55,391 bases of DNA from the IMG/VR virus record IMGVR_UViG_3300037962_000555, positions 1-55,391 of that record. One strand, written 5' to 3'. Shown here in pieces: positions 1 to 10,685 of the stretch. The DNA comes from a virus. Lineage: Duplodnaviria > Caudoviricetes. Position 1 is the first letter of the stretch; the number at the start of each line of letters is the position of its first letter. The notes beneath the pieces were generated by a model. It was not told where the DNA came from, did not search any database, and worked only from the letters and a program-made list of their open reading frames with translations. A program made the position numbers and the translations under genes.

Positions 1-1
1 C

Positions 2-472
2 ACGCTCGATGACATAGTCGCTGAAATAAGGCAAGACCTAGATATGCCTGTAATGGGTTCTTATGAAGATCTTGTCCCGAAGCCTGTTCCAAAAAAAGTA
101 ACCGGAAACATAGGCAGACAACGAAAAATTAAAAGAGAAAACAAAGAAGCCCTAGAAAGATGGGAGGAAGGCAAAAGACAGTTTGAAGAGGCGACAAACC
201 AATTTAGATATGGCGGTATAGCCATGCTCTCTAATGGTGGAGAGATGGACTTTCCAAGAATGAATGGCCCAATATCAGGACCAGGCACTGAAACATCTGA
301 TGATATACCGGCTATGTTGTCTGATGGAGAGTTTGTCGTTAACGCCAAAGCGGTCAGAGGGATAGGTAAAATAGGTGGCGCAAACAAGAGCAAAGCAGAT
401 CAAAGAAGAGAGGGAGCAAAGATGATGTATGCCCTTCAACGCGCTGGCGAAAAAGCTATGAGGAGCGCATAA
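2..472 (+). CDS. C-terminal part of internal virion/ejection protein (5' partial; probably continues the ORF starting at 54692)
   Basis: Frame open from base 2 (TLDDIVAEIRQDLDMPV...); carries GPGTETSDDIPAMLSDGEFV, a motif typical of tape-measure/ejection proteins. Confidence 0.75.
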   Translation, partial: TLDDIVAEIRQDLDMPVMGSYEDLVPKPVPKKVTGNIGRQRKIKRENKEALERWEEGKRQFEEATNQFRYGGIAMLSNGGEMDFPRMNGPISGPGTETSDDIPAMLSDGEFVVNAKAVRGIGKIGGANKSKADQRREGAKMMYALQRAGEKAMRSA

Positions 473-473
473 A

Positions 474-2129
474 ATGTCTTTAACAGATACAACAACAGAA
501 ACTTATGTAACAGAAACTCCTTCTCTCTTACCCACTTATCAGCAAACTTTTGCAGATCCTGCTGCTGAACTTGCAAGCAGAAGACTGCTTGAGTCTTATT
601 TTGGTGAACAAGGATTAATCAACCAACCAATACCAGTTCCTGTTCGCAGCATAGCTGGACTTTCTCCATTAGAAGTTCAGGCGAGAAACTTAGCTGGCGG
701 GTTGGGAGCTTTTGGTGGTCAACTCGCAGAAGCTCAAGAGTTATTTAGGCAAGCTGGTAGAGGATTTGATCCAGCATCTGCGGGTATGTTTGCAGACCCA
801 AGAGCAAGAGCCTTGTATGAACAAAGTATTGCTGCATATGACCCAGAGATGGGTAGACGATTTGTAGATCAAGAAGCAGTGGATATTATGCGTAGGTCTG
901 CAGAGGGTATAGGAAGTGCTGCAGAGGGTATAGCTGGGCAGGTTGGTGGTGCTCAGACGGGAGCTGCAGAGGCTGCACAAAGAGCCAGAGAACAAACTAG
1001 GATGGCAGGTGAAGACTTGCGATCTGCTGGAGAGATGGGTAGATCAACTGCACTTCAGGGTATAGCTGGTCTTGCTGGAACTGGAGAACAGTTTGATCCA
1101 TCTGACATAAGTCGTTTTCAAGACCCTTTCACACAAGAGGTAATTGACGCTCAACAAGCGGAGATTGCAAGGCTTGGAGAAAAACAAAAACAAGACGCAA
1201 GAGCACAACAGATAAGAGCGGGTGCTTTTGGTGGATCTCGAGGCGCGATACAGGAAGCAGAGATTGGCAGAAACGTATTGCAACAACAGGCTAAGACCGG
1301 AGCAGAGCTTCGATCACAAGGATTTCAACAGGCTGCACAGCAAGCTCAGTCTGCCTTTGAGCAAGCACAAGCAAGAAAACAACAAGCCGCACAACTTACA
1401 GGTTCACTAGGTCAAGCTGGCGCAGGAACTGGTATACAGGCAGCTGGAAGAGCAGCAGACTTAGGGCTAACTGCAGAGCAAATAGCTCAAAGAGGTGCGC
1501 TTGAAGGCGGTCAACTCGGTTTATCTGGTCAGCAAGGGCTTGGATCATTGCTTGCTAGTCAAGCGGGTATAGGTCAAAACATAGGTCAAATGGGAATGGC
1601 TGGCCAACAACTTGGTGCAAATGTATTTGGTCAACAGATGGATAGAACAGCAGGTGCTGCTGCAGGACTTGGTGGGCTAACAAGAGACCAGTTTGGCACA
1701 GCACTTCAAGCATTCGGTCAAGGCACAGGAGCACAACGTGCTGCTGCATCTGGTATTGCAGGTCTTGGACAACAAGGTTTTGATATGTTGGGCAGACAGA
1801 TAGGCATTCTTGGTGGATTGGGTCAAACGGGCAGAAATATAAATCAAGCTGGTTTAGATGCTCAATATAAAGCATCTACTCAAATGGCAGACGAGCCATA
1901 TATGAGATTACAGAGAGGATTTCAAATGCTTGGTCAAGGAGCTCCGTTCTTACCTACGTTTAGCACTGGTGTTAGCCCAGCTATGCAACAGATGGGTGCT
2001 TATCAACAGCCTGGAGCATTAGCTAGGGTAGGCGGTGCAGTTGCTGGAGCGCAAACCCTGTTTGGTAATGTGGGCAGCATATTTGGTGGCAACCAGAACC
2101 AGGCTCAAACTGGTGGTCCACAAGGTTGA
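474..2129 (+). CDS. Gln/Gly/Ala-rich helical DNA ejection (pilot-like) protein
   Basis: 551 aa, low-complexity helical composition, GAFGGSR motif, located in the ejection gene block. Confidence 0.65.
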   Translation: MSLTDTTTETYVTETPSLLPTYQQTFADPAAELASRRLLESYFGEQGLINQPIPVPVRSIAGLSPLEVQARNLAGGLGAFGGQLAEAQELFRQAGRGFDPASAGMFADPRARALYEQSIAAYDPEMGRRFVDQEAVDIMRRSAEGIGSAAEGIAGQVGGAQTGAAEAAQRAREQTRMAGEDLRSAGEMGRSTALQGIAGLAGTGEQFDPSDISRFQDPFTQEVIDAQQAEIARLGEKQKQDARAQQIRAGAFGGSRGAIQEAEIGRNVLQQQAKTGAELRSQGFQQAAQQAQSAFEQAQARKQQAAQLTGSLGQAGAGTGIQAAGRAADLGLTAEQIAQRGALEGGQLGLSGQQGLGSLLASQAGIGQNIGQMGMAGQQLGANVFGQQMDRTAGAAAGLGGLTRDQFGTALQAFGQGTGAQRAAASGIAGLGQQGFDMLGRQIGILGGLGQTGRNINQAGLDAQYKASTQMADEPYMRLQRGFQMLGQGAPFLPTFSTGVSPAMQQMGAYQQPGALARVGGAVAGAQTLFGNVGSIFGGNQNQAQTGGPQG

Positions 2130-3406
2130 ACAAGAAACAAAAAAAGATAGGAAAGGTTATGCGAGAGTTCAAGAGCGGAACTCTCAAGTCAGGTGGTTCT
2201 GGCAAGAAAGTAACCAATCCAAAACAAGCCATAGCCATAGCTTTATCGGAGGCTAACGCAATGAACCAGGGAGGCATGATGCAGAACCCAGTTATGCAAA
2301 GACCAATGTTTCAAACTCCTATGCAAAGAGAAAGCATGGGTATCATGGCTGGTGTTGCGCCCATTCGAGGATACCAAGAGGGTGGTGAAGTAGTTGATGG
2401 CACTGAGCAAGAAGGTGAAAATCTTTTCAACGAAGTCATTTCAAAAGCATCAGAGCTTGGAGAAGATGCAATAAAATATGCTCAAGAGAATCCTGTTGAA
2501 GCAGCATTAATGTTTATTCCAGGGCTAGGTGCTGCAGGTTTGGCTGTTAGATTTGGTCCAAAAATAATTAGAGGGATGATAAAGGGGGCGACAAAGAGCA
2601 AAAAGCCTCAAGCTGATGAAGCACTAGATGTATCGATCTCACCTGGATCTGCTTACAGAGTTAGTGGCGGTCGAGCAATAGATGCTGCAGCTGATGCAGC
2701 GCCCAAAGGTCCAGGGACAATAAGAAGGATTGGTGGAAGAATGGGTGCAGCTGGAACTGCTGGTTTAGCTGCAGCAAGAAGAAACCCAGGAAAAACAGGT
2801 TTGGGAGCTTTAGCTGCCGCTGGATTAGCAACAATACCTTTCGGTGGTAAAGAAGAAGAAACTGAAGTAGTAGAAACTCCTGTTGCAACTCAACAAACTG
2901 GTGGCACTGGGGGTGGTAGCACAACAACTGAAGAACCGGGTTTCTTCAAAAGAGCTCTTGAAACAGTTTCTGATCCTCGTCTTCAGTATCAGTTAGCAAA
3001 AGCTTCACAAGCAACAGAAGGCAGAGTTCCAAGAAACTTCTTTAGTGACATGGTTTTAGCTGGCGAAGAGTATGATCTTCTTCAAGCTCAGAAAGATGAT
3101 ACGACTTCATTGCAAAGTAATTTAGCTGCACTTCAGGAGTTGATGCCTGACGCAAAACCAGAAGAGTTAGTTAATTTATTACTTGGCACAGACACAAGTT
3201 CAGATCTTGTTGATACAAGATTGACTCTTTTTAATAATCTAGTAAAAGATCCAGCTAACTTATATGTTGAAGAGGATGGTAAAACAAGGCAAAGAACCGA
3301 TGCAGAGTTATTCGCTATAGCGGATGAGAGAGCAAGACTTGCCCTTGGAATGACACCAATAACTCCAACAACGCCAGAGATACCTCTACAACAACCAGCG
3401 TCATGA
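2126..3406 (+). CDS. Internal virion protein with N-terminal basic DUF6496-like domain
   Basis: KIGKVMREFKSGTLKSG...KQAIAIALSEA N-terminus, then MNQGG/YQEGG motifs and hydrophobic Gly/Ala segments. Confidence 0.6.
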   Translation: MNKKQKKIGKVMREFKSGTLKSGGSGKKVTNPKQAIAIALSEANAMNQGGMMQNPVMQRPMFQTPMQRESMGIMAGVAPIRGYQEGGEVVDGTEQEGENLFNEVISKASELGEDAIKYAQENPVEAALMFIPGLGAAGLAVRFGPKIIRGMIKGATKSKKPQADEALDVSISPGSAYRVSGGRAIDAAADAAPKGPGTIRRIGGRMGAAGTAGLAAARRNPGKTGLGALAAAGLATIPFGGKEEETEVVETPVATQQTGGTGGGSTTTEEPGFFKRALETVSDPRLQYQLAKASQATEGRVPRNFFSDMVLAGEEYDLLQAQKDDTTSLQSNLAALQELMPDAKPEELVNLLLGTDTSSDLVDTRLTLFNNLVKDPANLYVEEDGKTRQRTDAELFAIADERARLALGMTPITPTTPEIPLQQPAS

Positions 3407-6400
3407 TTAGTGTAAAATTGCCTGACGGAAGATCTGTACCTGTAAATACAGATGATCCGGAGGTCGCAAGAAAAACAGCACAAGAATATCTTGACAAAAA
3501 TCCTCTCATACAAAGAGCAGCTCAAGTTGGAAAAGAGGATGTATCTGCGGTAGGAGATATTTTACGAGGTGTTGGCGCTGGAATAGTAGGAGCAGTAGAG
3601 GGTATTTCGACACTGCCAGTAGAAGCCTTTGATTTAATTACTGGATCAGAAGAAGGTAGCGCAGAAGAACTAAGAAAGTTTTTTGATAAATACAAACCTG
3701 ATACATCAACTGGTATAGGCGAAGCGGCTAGATTTATAACTCAGTTTGCTGCGCCTGGTGGTCTTGCGGTTAAAGCTGCGAAGTCTATGAGAGCTAAGAA
3801 AGCGATTGAATCAAAAGGATTTGACGCTACAGATGTTGCTACATTTGGCATAGCAGATATAGCTGCCACCACCCCTGATGTAGAAACTCTTGGAGACTTC
3901 TTCGAGGCTGGACCCACACAGAGAGTAGATACACAAGATTTGATCGGGGCAGAACTAGCTGCAGCTAATCTTTCAAACCGACTAAGAGTTGCTGCAGAAG
4001 GCGCTGCCATTGTACTTGGTGTTCCACAAATCGCTAAACTTGGCATAGTCAGTGTTGGTAAAGGCGCAGATGCGCTTGCTAAAACTGACATGGTCAAAGC
4101 TGCCGCTCAAGCTATCAAAGATCCTAACACACCATTTCATGGGGTAGGCGTGAAGCCAGACTTAGAAGACCCCACATTCTTTCAAAAAAATCTGCAGACC
4201 ATGAAAAAGAAAGCAAGAGAGTATCTTACTTTCCAGGGCAACATGCCTGATCGATTTGTTAAACAATACAATCAAGCAAAAGTTGCAGAGGTATCAGCGC
4301 ATAACAACAAGGTTAGACAAGCAGTCGGTGAACTTGATGACACCATGAGTTTCATAAACAAGAATGCTGGTCTGTTTAGTGATCAAGATAGAAGCAAGAT
4401 ACTTAATACTGTTAACGATTACTTGTTTGCGGAGCCTATAAGAAGAGGATCTCAAGTAATAGATAGAAAGGCTGTAAAACTTGGAGCAGAGAAAGAGTTA
4501 AAAGAAATAGACAAAATAATTTCTAAAAACATGCCTAAGAGTTTGTTTGGTAAAAAAGAGTTAAGTCTTTTCAAACCAACACAAAAAATAAGATCTAGTA
4601 TTGATGGGCTTAGTGGGTCCGTTAGAGACATGATAGACGATTCAATTATAGAGGATTCTTTAAAATCTTCTTTGAGCCGAACCATTCAGGATAACAAGAC
4701 TTACTATGGCATACGTTTGTATCGAGCCTTCAAAGATCCAAGCTATCAGCCCACAAAACCACAGGAAGAAGCTGCAATTAAAGAACTGGTTGCAATGACA
4801 AAAGAGCTCCCTCCAAACGAGGCGTTGAACCCTGAAGGGGCAAAGGCAGTTCTTAATGAAATGCTTCAATCAAAGTTCTCAAACGCAAACATGACTCCAT
4901 CCGGAGTGATTGATCCAGAAACATTAACTGGTATAGCTCAAGGTCCATTGAAGGGAAGAAGATTAGATGACTTGCCAGCTGTTCGAGACTTCTTGGGTGA
5001 ATACACTGGAGCAAAAGAGGTGGCTGGTAGACTCAGACCAGAGATAATAAGAGCCAGGGATGTCGGAGAACAAGAGCTTGGTTTGAGAACAAAGATGGTT
5101 GATACCGTTGATGTGCTATCAAAGATAATCGCCAAGAAAAAATACTTCGATAATCTTGTTGATTACAACGATGCTCTACCACCTGGAGCTAATAAATTTT
5201 TATTTGATAAAATACCAGAAGGAGCGAGAGCAGGTGCCTACTCAAGAATAGGTGCTGAAGGAACCGACCCTTTGGCAGAGGTATCTGTAAATGCAAGACA
5301 AAGATTTGGAAAGCTCGCTGGTAAATATGTTCTCAACGAGTACAAAGCTGCGTTTGAAGATCTGCCCAAGTATTTCAACACTGAGGCGCTGCCTTTGTAT
5401 TCAACCTTTCTTGGCTTGAAAGGTGTCTCACAGATAGCCAAAACTGTTTTAAGTCCTATAACCCAAATTAGAAACGCAACAACAGCAGGGTTTTTTGCTT
5501 TAGCCAACGGTAATGTCGGGAACGCAAATGCTTTGGTAGATTCAGTTGCGACTGTGTTCAGTAACATTGCTAACAAGCGGGTTAGTTTTGGTAAAAGCAG
5601 ACCAACCAAGAAAGATATTGAAAAATACTACAACGAGTTAGTAGATCTAGGGGTTATCAATACCAACGCTAAGATTGGTGAGTTTGAGAGCTTGTTAAAT
5701 GACGCTGTTGAAACAACTCAATATATGCCTGGTTTGGCTAACAAAGGATTTAACTACGCTAGAAACATTCAAAACACTTTAGCTGGAAAGCTATATCAGG
5801 GATCTGATGATATCTGGAAAACATATAGCTATGAGATGGAGCTTAATAAATTAAAGAATGTTTTTAAAAACAATAAAGATGCATCAATACCTGTTTCGGA
5901 CCCAAGAAACTTTACAGAATTTGGCCCAACGATAAGCGGCAATCTACCTGATGATGTTCTTGAAAATGTTTTGAAAAGAGAAGCTGCAGAGATTGTAAAA
6001 GATACCGTACCAAACTACGCGAGAGTCCCTGAAGCTATCAAGCAGTTGAGAAGATTGCCATTTGGAAACTTTGTTGCATTCCCTGCAGAAATAATAAGAA
6101 CATCAGGAAATATATTAGGTAGAGCGATCAAAGAACTGGCGAGTGAATCACCTGAGATACGATCGATAGGCATGAAGAGGTTGCTAGGCTCTATGTCGGT
6201 GAATGCAGGAATACCTGCAACCTTGTACAGCGCGGGGCTGTTACTCACTGGTGCTGACAACGATCAAGTACAAGCGTATAAAAGATCCGCTGCTTACGAG
6301 TGGGATAGAAACTCAACATTGATACCCATCGCCACAGACAAAGAGGGGAAGATTACAGACCTATATAACTTCTCTTACACAAACCCATATGACTATATGG

Positions 6401-7446
6401 CAAGACCATTCAAGGCTGTATATAACGCTGTTCAAAATGGTATTACAGCAGAAAAAGATTTAACTGAAATTGCTTTTGATTCTAGCTTTGGTGAGAGCGG
6501 AGCTTTCTATGAGTTCTTTGCTCCGTTTATGGATGAGTCAATCATCACGGAAAAAGTATTCGATGTAACCAGAAACAAAACAAGTTTCGGTGCTGATGTT
6601 TGGAATGTTGCAGATCCACTAGGATTAAAATTTGCTAAAGGTTTTGCACATTTAGCAGATGGAATAGTGCCTGGAGCAAGCCCGGTTGATCTTAAAGCAG
6701 ATGTTGCATCTCCACTTTACTTGGATTTTTCTGTCCGAGAGTTTCCAAAAGCTATCGGTGCTGTTGTTGGAGTCGATCCAGAAAAAACAGTTGGCAGACA
6801 GGGGTATCAGATTGATGCGGCGCAAGAGTTTACTGAAGCACTAACTGGTGTTAAGAGCTTGAAGCCTAGATTAGATAGAACTTTATACTATCGTGGTTTG
6901 GAAGCGGCTAGAGAAGTTAGAGAAGCTGCTCGTATCTTTAACCAAGTTGCTAAATCAAGAGGCAACAAAAGCGCAGAGGATATAACCAAGGCTTTTATTA
7001 CAGCTAACGAACAAAGGTTCAAAGCTTTGAGAGATTTAAACTTGGCGGTTCAAGATGCAAGAACACTTGGATTGTCCACTCCTGAGATAACAAAGCCATT
7101 GAAAGAAGCAAAGACACCTAACCTTAATTTTGTTTTAGCTGGCAGATTCAACGCATTCTTTCCAAGCAATGAAACAATTTCATTTGGTTTGCAGGGCAGT
7201 CAGGACAAGCTTTCCAATGCGTTCAATATGGCTGACATGTCTAGAGAGTATGCTAGGTTCCAAGGTAAGTTGTTTAAACAACCTGAGCCTCAACCACAAC
7301 CTACGCCTCAAATCGCCCCTGCACAGCCTAGCACGCCACCTGTGGATCAATCTGAGATTGAACCTGCAGAACCTGCATCTCTGTTTAATCGTGGAACTCA
7401 AGCACTAAGAGATTTAGAATTAAGGAAACTTCTAGGAATAGATTAG
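3403..7446 (+). CDS. Large internal virion/ejection protein
   Basis: 1347 aa, last and largest gene of the ejection block, the position of the large core protein in podoviruses. Confidence 0.65.
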   Translation: MISVKLPDGRSVPVNTDDPEVARKTAQEYLDKNPLIQRAAQVGKEDVSAVGDILRGVGAGIVGAVEGISTLPVEAFDLITGSEEGSAEELRKFFDKYKPDTSTGIGEAARFITQFAAPGGLAVKAAKSMRAKKAIESKGFDATDVATFGIADIAATTPDVETLGDFFEAGPTQRVDTQDLIGAELAAANLSNRLRVAAEGAAIVLGVPQIAKLGIVSVGKGADALAKTDMVKAAAQAIKDPNTPFHGVGVKPDLEDPTFFQKNLQTMKKKAREYLTFQGNMPDRFVKQYNQAKVAEVSAHNNKVRQAVGELDDTMSFINKNAGLFSDQDRSKILNTVNDYLFAEPIRRGSQVIDRKAVKLGAEKELKEIDKIISKNMPKSLFGKKELSLFKPTQKIRSSIDGLSGSVRDMIDDSIIEDSLKSSLSRTIQDNKTYYGIRLYRAFKDPSYQPTKPQEEAAIKELVAMTKELPPNEALNPEGAKAVLNEMLQSKFSNANMTPSGVIDPETLTGIAQGPLKGRRLDDLPAVRDFLGEYTGAKEVAGRLRPEIIRARDVGEQELGLRTKMVDTVDVLSKIIAKKKYFDNLVDYNDALPPGANKFLFDKIPEGARAGAYSRIGAEGTDPLAEVSVNARQRFGKLAGKYVLNEYKAAFEDLPKYFNTEALPLYSTFLGLKGVSQIAKTVLSPITQIRNATTAGFFALANGNVGNANALVDSVATVFSNIANKRVSFGKSRPTKKDIEKYYNELVDLGVINTNAKIGEFESLLNDAVETTQYMPGLANKGFNYARNIQNTLAGKLYQGSDDIWKTYSYEMELNKLKNVFKNNKDASIPVSDPRNFTEFGPTISGNLPDDVLENVLKREAAEIVKDTVPNYARVPEAIKQLRRLPFGNFVAFPAEIIRTSGNILGRAIKELASESPEIRSIGMKRLLGSMSVNAGIPATLYSAGLLLTGADNDQVQAYKRSAAYEWDRNSTLIPIATDKEGKITDLYNFSYTNPYDYMARPFKAVYNAVQNGITAEKDLTEIAFDSSFGESGAFYEFFAPFMDESIITEKVFDVTRNKTSFGADVWNVADPLGLKFAKGFAHLADGIVPGASPVDLKADVASPLYLDFSVREFPKAIGAVVGVDPEKTVGRQGYQIDAAQEFTEALTGVKSLKPRLDRTLYYRGLEAAREVREAARIFNQVAKSRGNKSAEDITKAFITANEQRFKALRDLNLAVQDARTLGLSTPEITKPLKEAKTPNLNFVLAGRFNAFFPSNETISFGLQGSQDKLSNAFNMADMSREYARFQGKLFKQPEPQPQPTPQIAPAQPSTPPVDQSEIEPAEPASLFNRGTQALRDLELRKLLGID

Positions 7447-7447
7447 C

Positions 7448-7807
7448 TTGATTCCAAAAAGAGCGAAGAAGAAAGGTAAGTACTTCGCAGTCAAAACAGA
7501 AGTAGATGGCAAAGTCTTTGACTCAAAGCTTGAAGCAGCCAGATACAAGATACTCAAGAAGCGCCAGGATGATGGCGAGATATCTGATCTGGAGACACAA
7601 GTGAACTTCCCTTGCGCCCTTACAGTTGAGGGCAAAGAGAAGAAGATCTGCAGTTACTTCGCTGACTTCAAGTACAAGAAGGATGACAAGTGGGTGGTTG
7701 AAGATACCAAAGGTGTAGTCACCCAAGTCTTCTCACTCAAGAAGAAACTGGTCGAAGCTCTGTACCCTGGCCTGAAGATCAACATTGTCAAAGATCCGCG
7801 AGTCTAG
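7448..7807 (+). CDS. DUF1064-family PD-(D/E)XK endonuclease (possible resolvase)
   Basis: KYFAVKTEVDG..FDSKLEA..Y; YFADF.Y; VVEDTKG motifs. Confidence 0.85.
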   Translation: MIPKRAKKKGKYFAVKTEVDGKVFDSKLEAARYKILKKRQDDGEISDLETQVNFPCALTVEGKEKKICSYFADFKYKKDDKWVVEDTKGVVTQVFSLKKKLVEALYPGLKINIVKDPRV

Positions 7808-8901
7808 AACGGAACGATAGACTCGTTCACTACATCCACCTGGCTACCAGGAAACTCTTTCTTTATCTCTTCAGCCATACGCATTTGCTTGGTATCGAAT
7901 CCCGTCTTAGATAACTCGCGCAACTCAGGACTACTGTAGTAAGCACCATCCTGCATACCTTTTGGCGTTGCGTTGTAAAACTTCATGACACCAGACTCGT
8001 ATGCAATGAGATCATCGTTGCTCTCTTCTGGCAAATAGGTAGCAGTTGTAATCAGATGTGGATTCCATAGATGGTTTTCACAGCTTTCTTTCTGTGCCTC
8101 GAGGTCAAGCAGTTTATTACTGCGTGTGCATAGCCAATTCGCACCGTTACTTGTGGTAACAGGTTTGGAGAACGCACAGTTGCGGCAGTTGACCCACTCA
8201 GGGAAACGCTTTCGACTATAGATATCAACATACGTTTTAGACTCTGTCTTGAGCGTGTAGTCCTTTTCTGACCTTCTACCATACTTGGGTGGCTCTACGC
8301 TCGTAATCACTCTCTCAGCGCGTTCTAGAGCCTTCTGCCAGATGTTTGGGTCATAGTCTATAATCTGTGTGTATATCTCGCTGTTGTTCTTGTTGACAAC
8401 AATCGCCATGCATTTGGTAAGACCAAGACCGCCCATGTAGCAATGTATCTGCCACTTGTAGGTTTCGCTCCACAATTCGTAGTCGCCAAGCTTTTGGAGC
8501 TCTTTGAATCGCTTGTCGTTTGCGCTTTTGATTTCACCCAGGAGAACAAGATCTTCTTCGGGTGGCGGCAGAACACCTCTAAGTAATGCATCACAAGATC
8601 CTGAAAAGTGACCACCCAAAGAAGAAACCCTAATCTGGTTACCGTCCTCATCATGAGATGCGATACCACATATTTTACTCTCTTTGATGTTATCAATCAC
8701 CTGGTCTTCGATGCGATTACCCAAGTCAAACAGTCGTAACATGCGACCACTAAATGTGTTGGGCAAACACCAGTGAAAGTTCATCCACAGTTTGTGCTCA
8801 TCCTCGTCACCGATAATACTGAATCCAAGATGCCCTCTGCTTTGGCGATTATTCTCTTCGAGCTTCTTGTCTATCTCATCAAACATAGACACTAACGACA
8901 T
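7804..8901 (-). CDS. PD-(D/E)XK (Cas4/YqaJ-like) exonuclease
   Basis: HLGFSIIG, RLFDLGN, GSCD, EIKS, QIHCYM motifs; C-terminal CRNC. Confidence 0.8.
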   Translation of the reverse strand: MSLVSMFDEIDKKLEENNRQSRGHLGFSIIGDEDEHKLWMNFHWCLPNTFSGRMLRLFDLGNRIEDQVIDNIKESKICGIASHDEDGNQIRVSSLGGHFSGSCDALLRGVLPPPEEDLVLLGEIKSANDKRFKELQKLGDYELWSETYKWQIHCYMGGLGLTKCMAIVVNKNNSEIYTQIIDYDPNIWQKALERAERVITSVEPPKYGRRSEKDYTLKTESKTYVDIYSRKRFPEWVNCRNCAFSKPVTTSNGANWLCTRSNKLLDLEAQKESCENHLWNPHLITTATYLPEESNDDLIAYESGVMKFYNATPKGMQDGAYYSSPELRELSKTGFDTKQMRMAEEIKKEFPGSQVDVVNESIVPF

Positions 8902-10555
8902 TCCAATATCTCCCTTCTTTTCTCACTGCAATCTTTCTTATGTGGTTGAACGAACCTGTATTGACCATCTCTGATGCGAACTTAACATCTCTAGGGACCG
9001 CACCCCTTTCGCCTACAACAGCGCGCCACTTCTTGTCTGCAAGCCTTCCTGCTGGACCTTTCATACCTATCATGAATGGCATTGAATGAGGCCAATATTC
9101 ATCCATCACTTTGAACTTCACATCCAGATAGATGTTTCCTGCTTTTGATTTCTTGACTTCGGCCCAGATAGTTTCAACTTCTTTTATCTTCTCAAGCTCT
9201 TCGATCGGATCATCAAGCTCATCAGATAGGACGTTACCGAAAGCCGCTACACGATCGGTTGCTGCATCTGGCTCTTTCTTTTCTGGTGGTGCTTCCCTTG
9301 TTATCGGTTTATCAGCGCCGCACTCAATACACTTTCTATCCTGCCACTCGTTTACAGCCAGACATGTGAATCCTGATTCGGTAATCGCATCGCATATCCA
9401 TATCTTTGGCTCATCCTCTTTGGGTGGTCGCTCTGGCTTTGCTCTGTCGATACAACCATGACGATGCATGTTCTCGCCATAGTCAAGAAGCATGCAGTCT
9501 TGCTTGTCTCCCCAGGTTCTCATGCCTCGACCACAGATCTGTACATACAAACCAAGAGACTTAGTCGGTCTGAGCAAAGCAATGCAGTCTGTCCTGGGCG
9601 CATCCCAGCCCTCAGTCAGCACAGCCACGTTGCACAGTGCGTTGATCACGCCGTTTTCAAAGTCTTCTAGTATCCGCTCTCTAACATCGGATGGTGTTTC
9701 GGCTGTGACAACTTCTGCTGCAATTCCAGCGTTCTGCAAAAGCATGCACATCTTGGTTGCGTGAGCGACTGTCACACAAAAGAATACAGAGCTCATTCGG
9801 CCCTTGCTGTATGCTTTGTTTATCCAATCGCTGATAATCGATACCATGGTGTCATCTTCCATGGCTAGTTTCTCAAGATCCGCTTCTCGGTAGTCACCAC
9901 CCTTGAATTTCACTCTCGCAGTCGATGCATCAATCACTGCCTGGTCATCCACTTTGAATGCAGACAATCGGCAGAGATAACCATCTTTTATTAGCTGGGG
10001 TATGCCTATCTGATAGGAGACACCACCAAAGAAGTGATCTTCAAGACCATAGATGAAGCCCTGGCCCATGCGATAAGGTGTAGCAGTAACACCAAATATC
10101 CTGGGTGCGTAGTATTGTGTGGATTCAAAGTGATCAAAAATCTTTCGATACCGACTAGATTTATCAGGACCAACATGGTGAGCTTCATCAACAATGATGT
10201 AGTCAAAATGACCAGCTGCCTCTAACCGCTTCTGGCTTGCGATCGTGTCCCGACTAGCGATAACAATCGGCGCTTGTGAATCAAACTCTTTGATACTAGC
10301 GGCAAGAACACCACAAGGAGCACATGGCCACACAGATAACAGTTTGTTTCTGGCTTGTGTGATGAGCTCTTGTCTGTGAGCCAGGATCAATATCCGACAA
10401 CCCCCAGTGTGATCGAACAATCGCTTAATGATATTGGCGAAGACAATCGTCTTGCCACTGCCAGTTGGCAGAACAATTAACGGATAGGTGCTCTGGGTAT
10501 GAAGCCAATCAAAAGTAGCATCAACTGCTTCTTCTTGATAATACCTTAGCTTCAT
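8879..10555 (-). CDS. Superfamily 2 helicase (RadD/YejH-like) with zinc finger
   Basis: LRYYQ, PTGSGKT, DEAH, TATP, LTEGWD, QICGRGMR; C-terminal Cys cluster. Confidence 0.92.
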   Translation of the reverse strand: MKLRYYQEEAVDATFDWLHTQSTYPLIVLPTGSGKTIVFANIIKRLFDHTGGCRILILAHRQELITQARNKLLSVWPCAPCGVLAASIKEFDSQAPIVIASRDTIASQKRLEAAGHFDYIIVDEAHHVGPDKSSRYRKIFDHFESTQYYAPRIFGVTATPYRMGQGFIYGLEDHFFGGVSYQIGIPQLIKDGYLCRLSAFKVDDQAVIDASTARVKFKGGDYREADLEKLAMEDDTMVSIISDWINKAYSKGRMSSVFFCVTVAHATKMCMLLQNAGIAAEVVTAETPSDVRERILEDFENGVINALCNVAVLTEGWDAPRTDCIALLRPTKSLGLYVQICGRGMRTWGDKQDCMLLDYGENMHRHGCIDRAKPERPPKEDEPKIWICDAITESGFTCLAVNEWQDRKCIECGADKPITREAPPEKKEPDAATDRVAAFGNVLSDELDDPIEELEKIKEVETIWAEVKKSKAGNIYLDVKFKVMDEYWPHSMPFMIGMKGPAGRLADKKWRAVVGERGAVPRDVKFASEMVNTGSFNHIRKIAVRKEGRYWNVVSVYV

Positions 10556-10685
10556 GCTTTGCCCTCATCAGTCCAGAATAAGTTCTTGCCCAGTATGTTC
10601 TTGCCCAGGGGGAGATATTGTTCTTATGCAGTATCCTGAGAACTGCCTCCTCTCTGGCAGGATTGTGTATTTTTTCTAATGACAT
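10521..10685 (-). CDS. Small hypothetical protein (54 aa, not in ORF track)
   Basis: MSLEKIHNPAREEAVLRILHKNNISPWARTYWARTYSGLM... fills the gap between neighbouring genes; tandem WARTY repeat. Confidence 0.55.
   Translation of the reverse strand: MSLEKIHNPAREEAVLRILHKNNISPWARTYWARTYSGLMRAKHEAKVLSRRSS

Noticed and set aside
7804-8901. CRISPR-associated cas4
   Set aside because: Solo PD-(D/E)XK nuclease in an ordinary phage recombination operon
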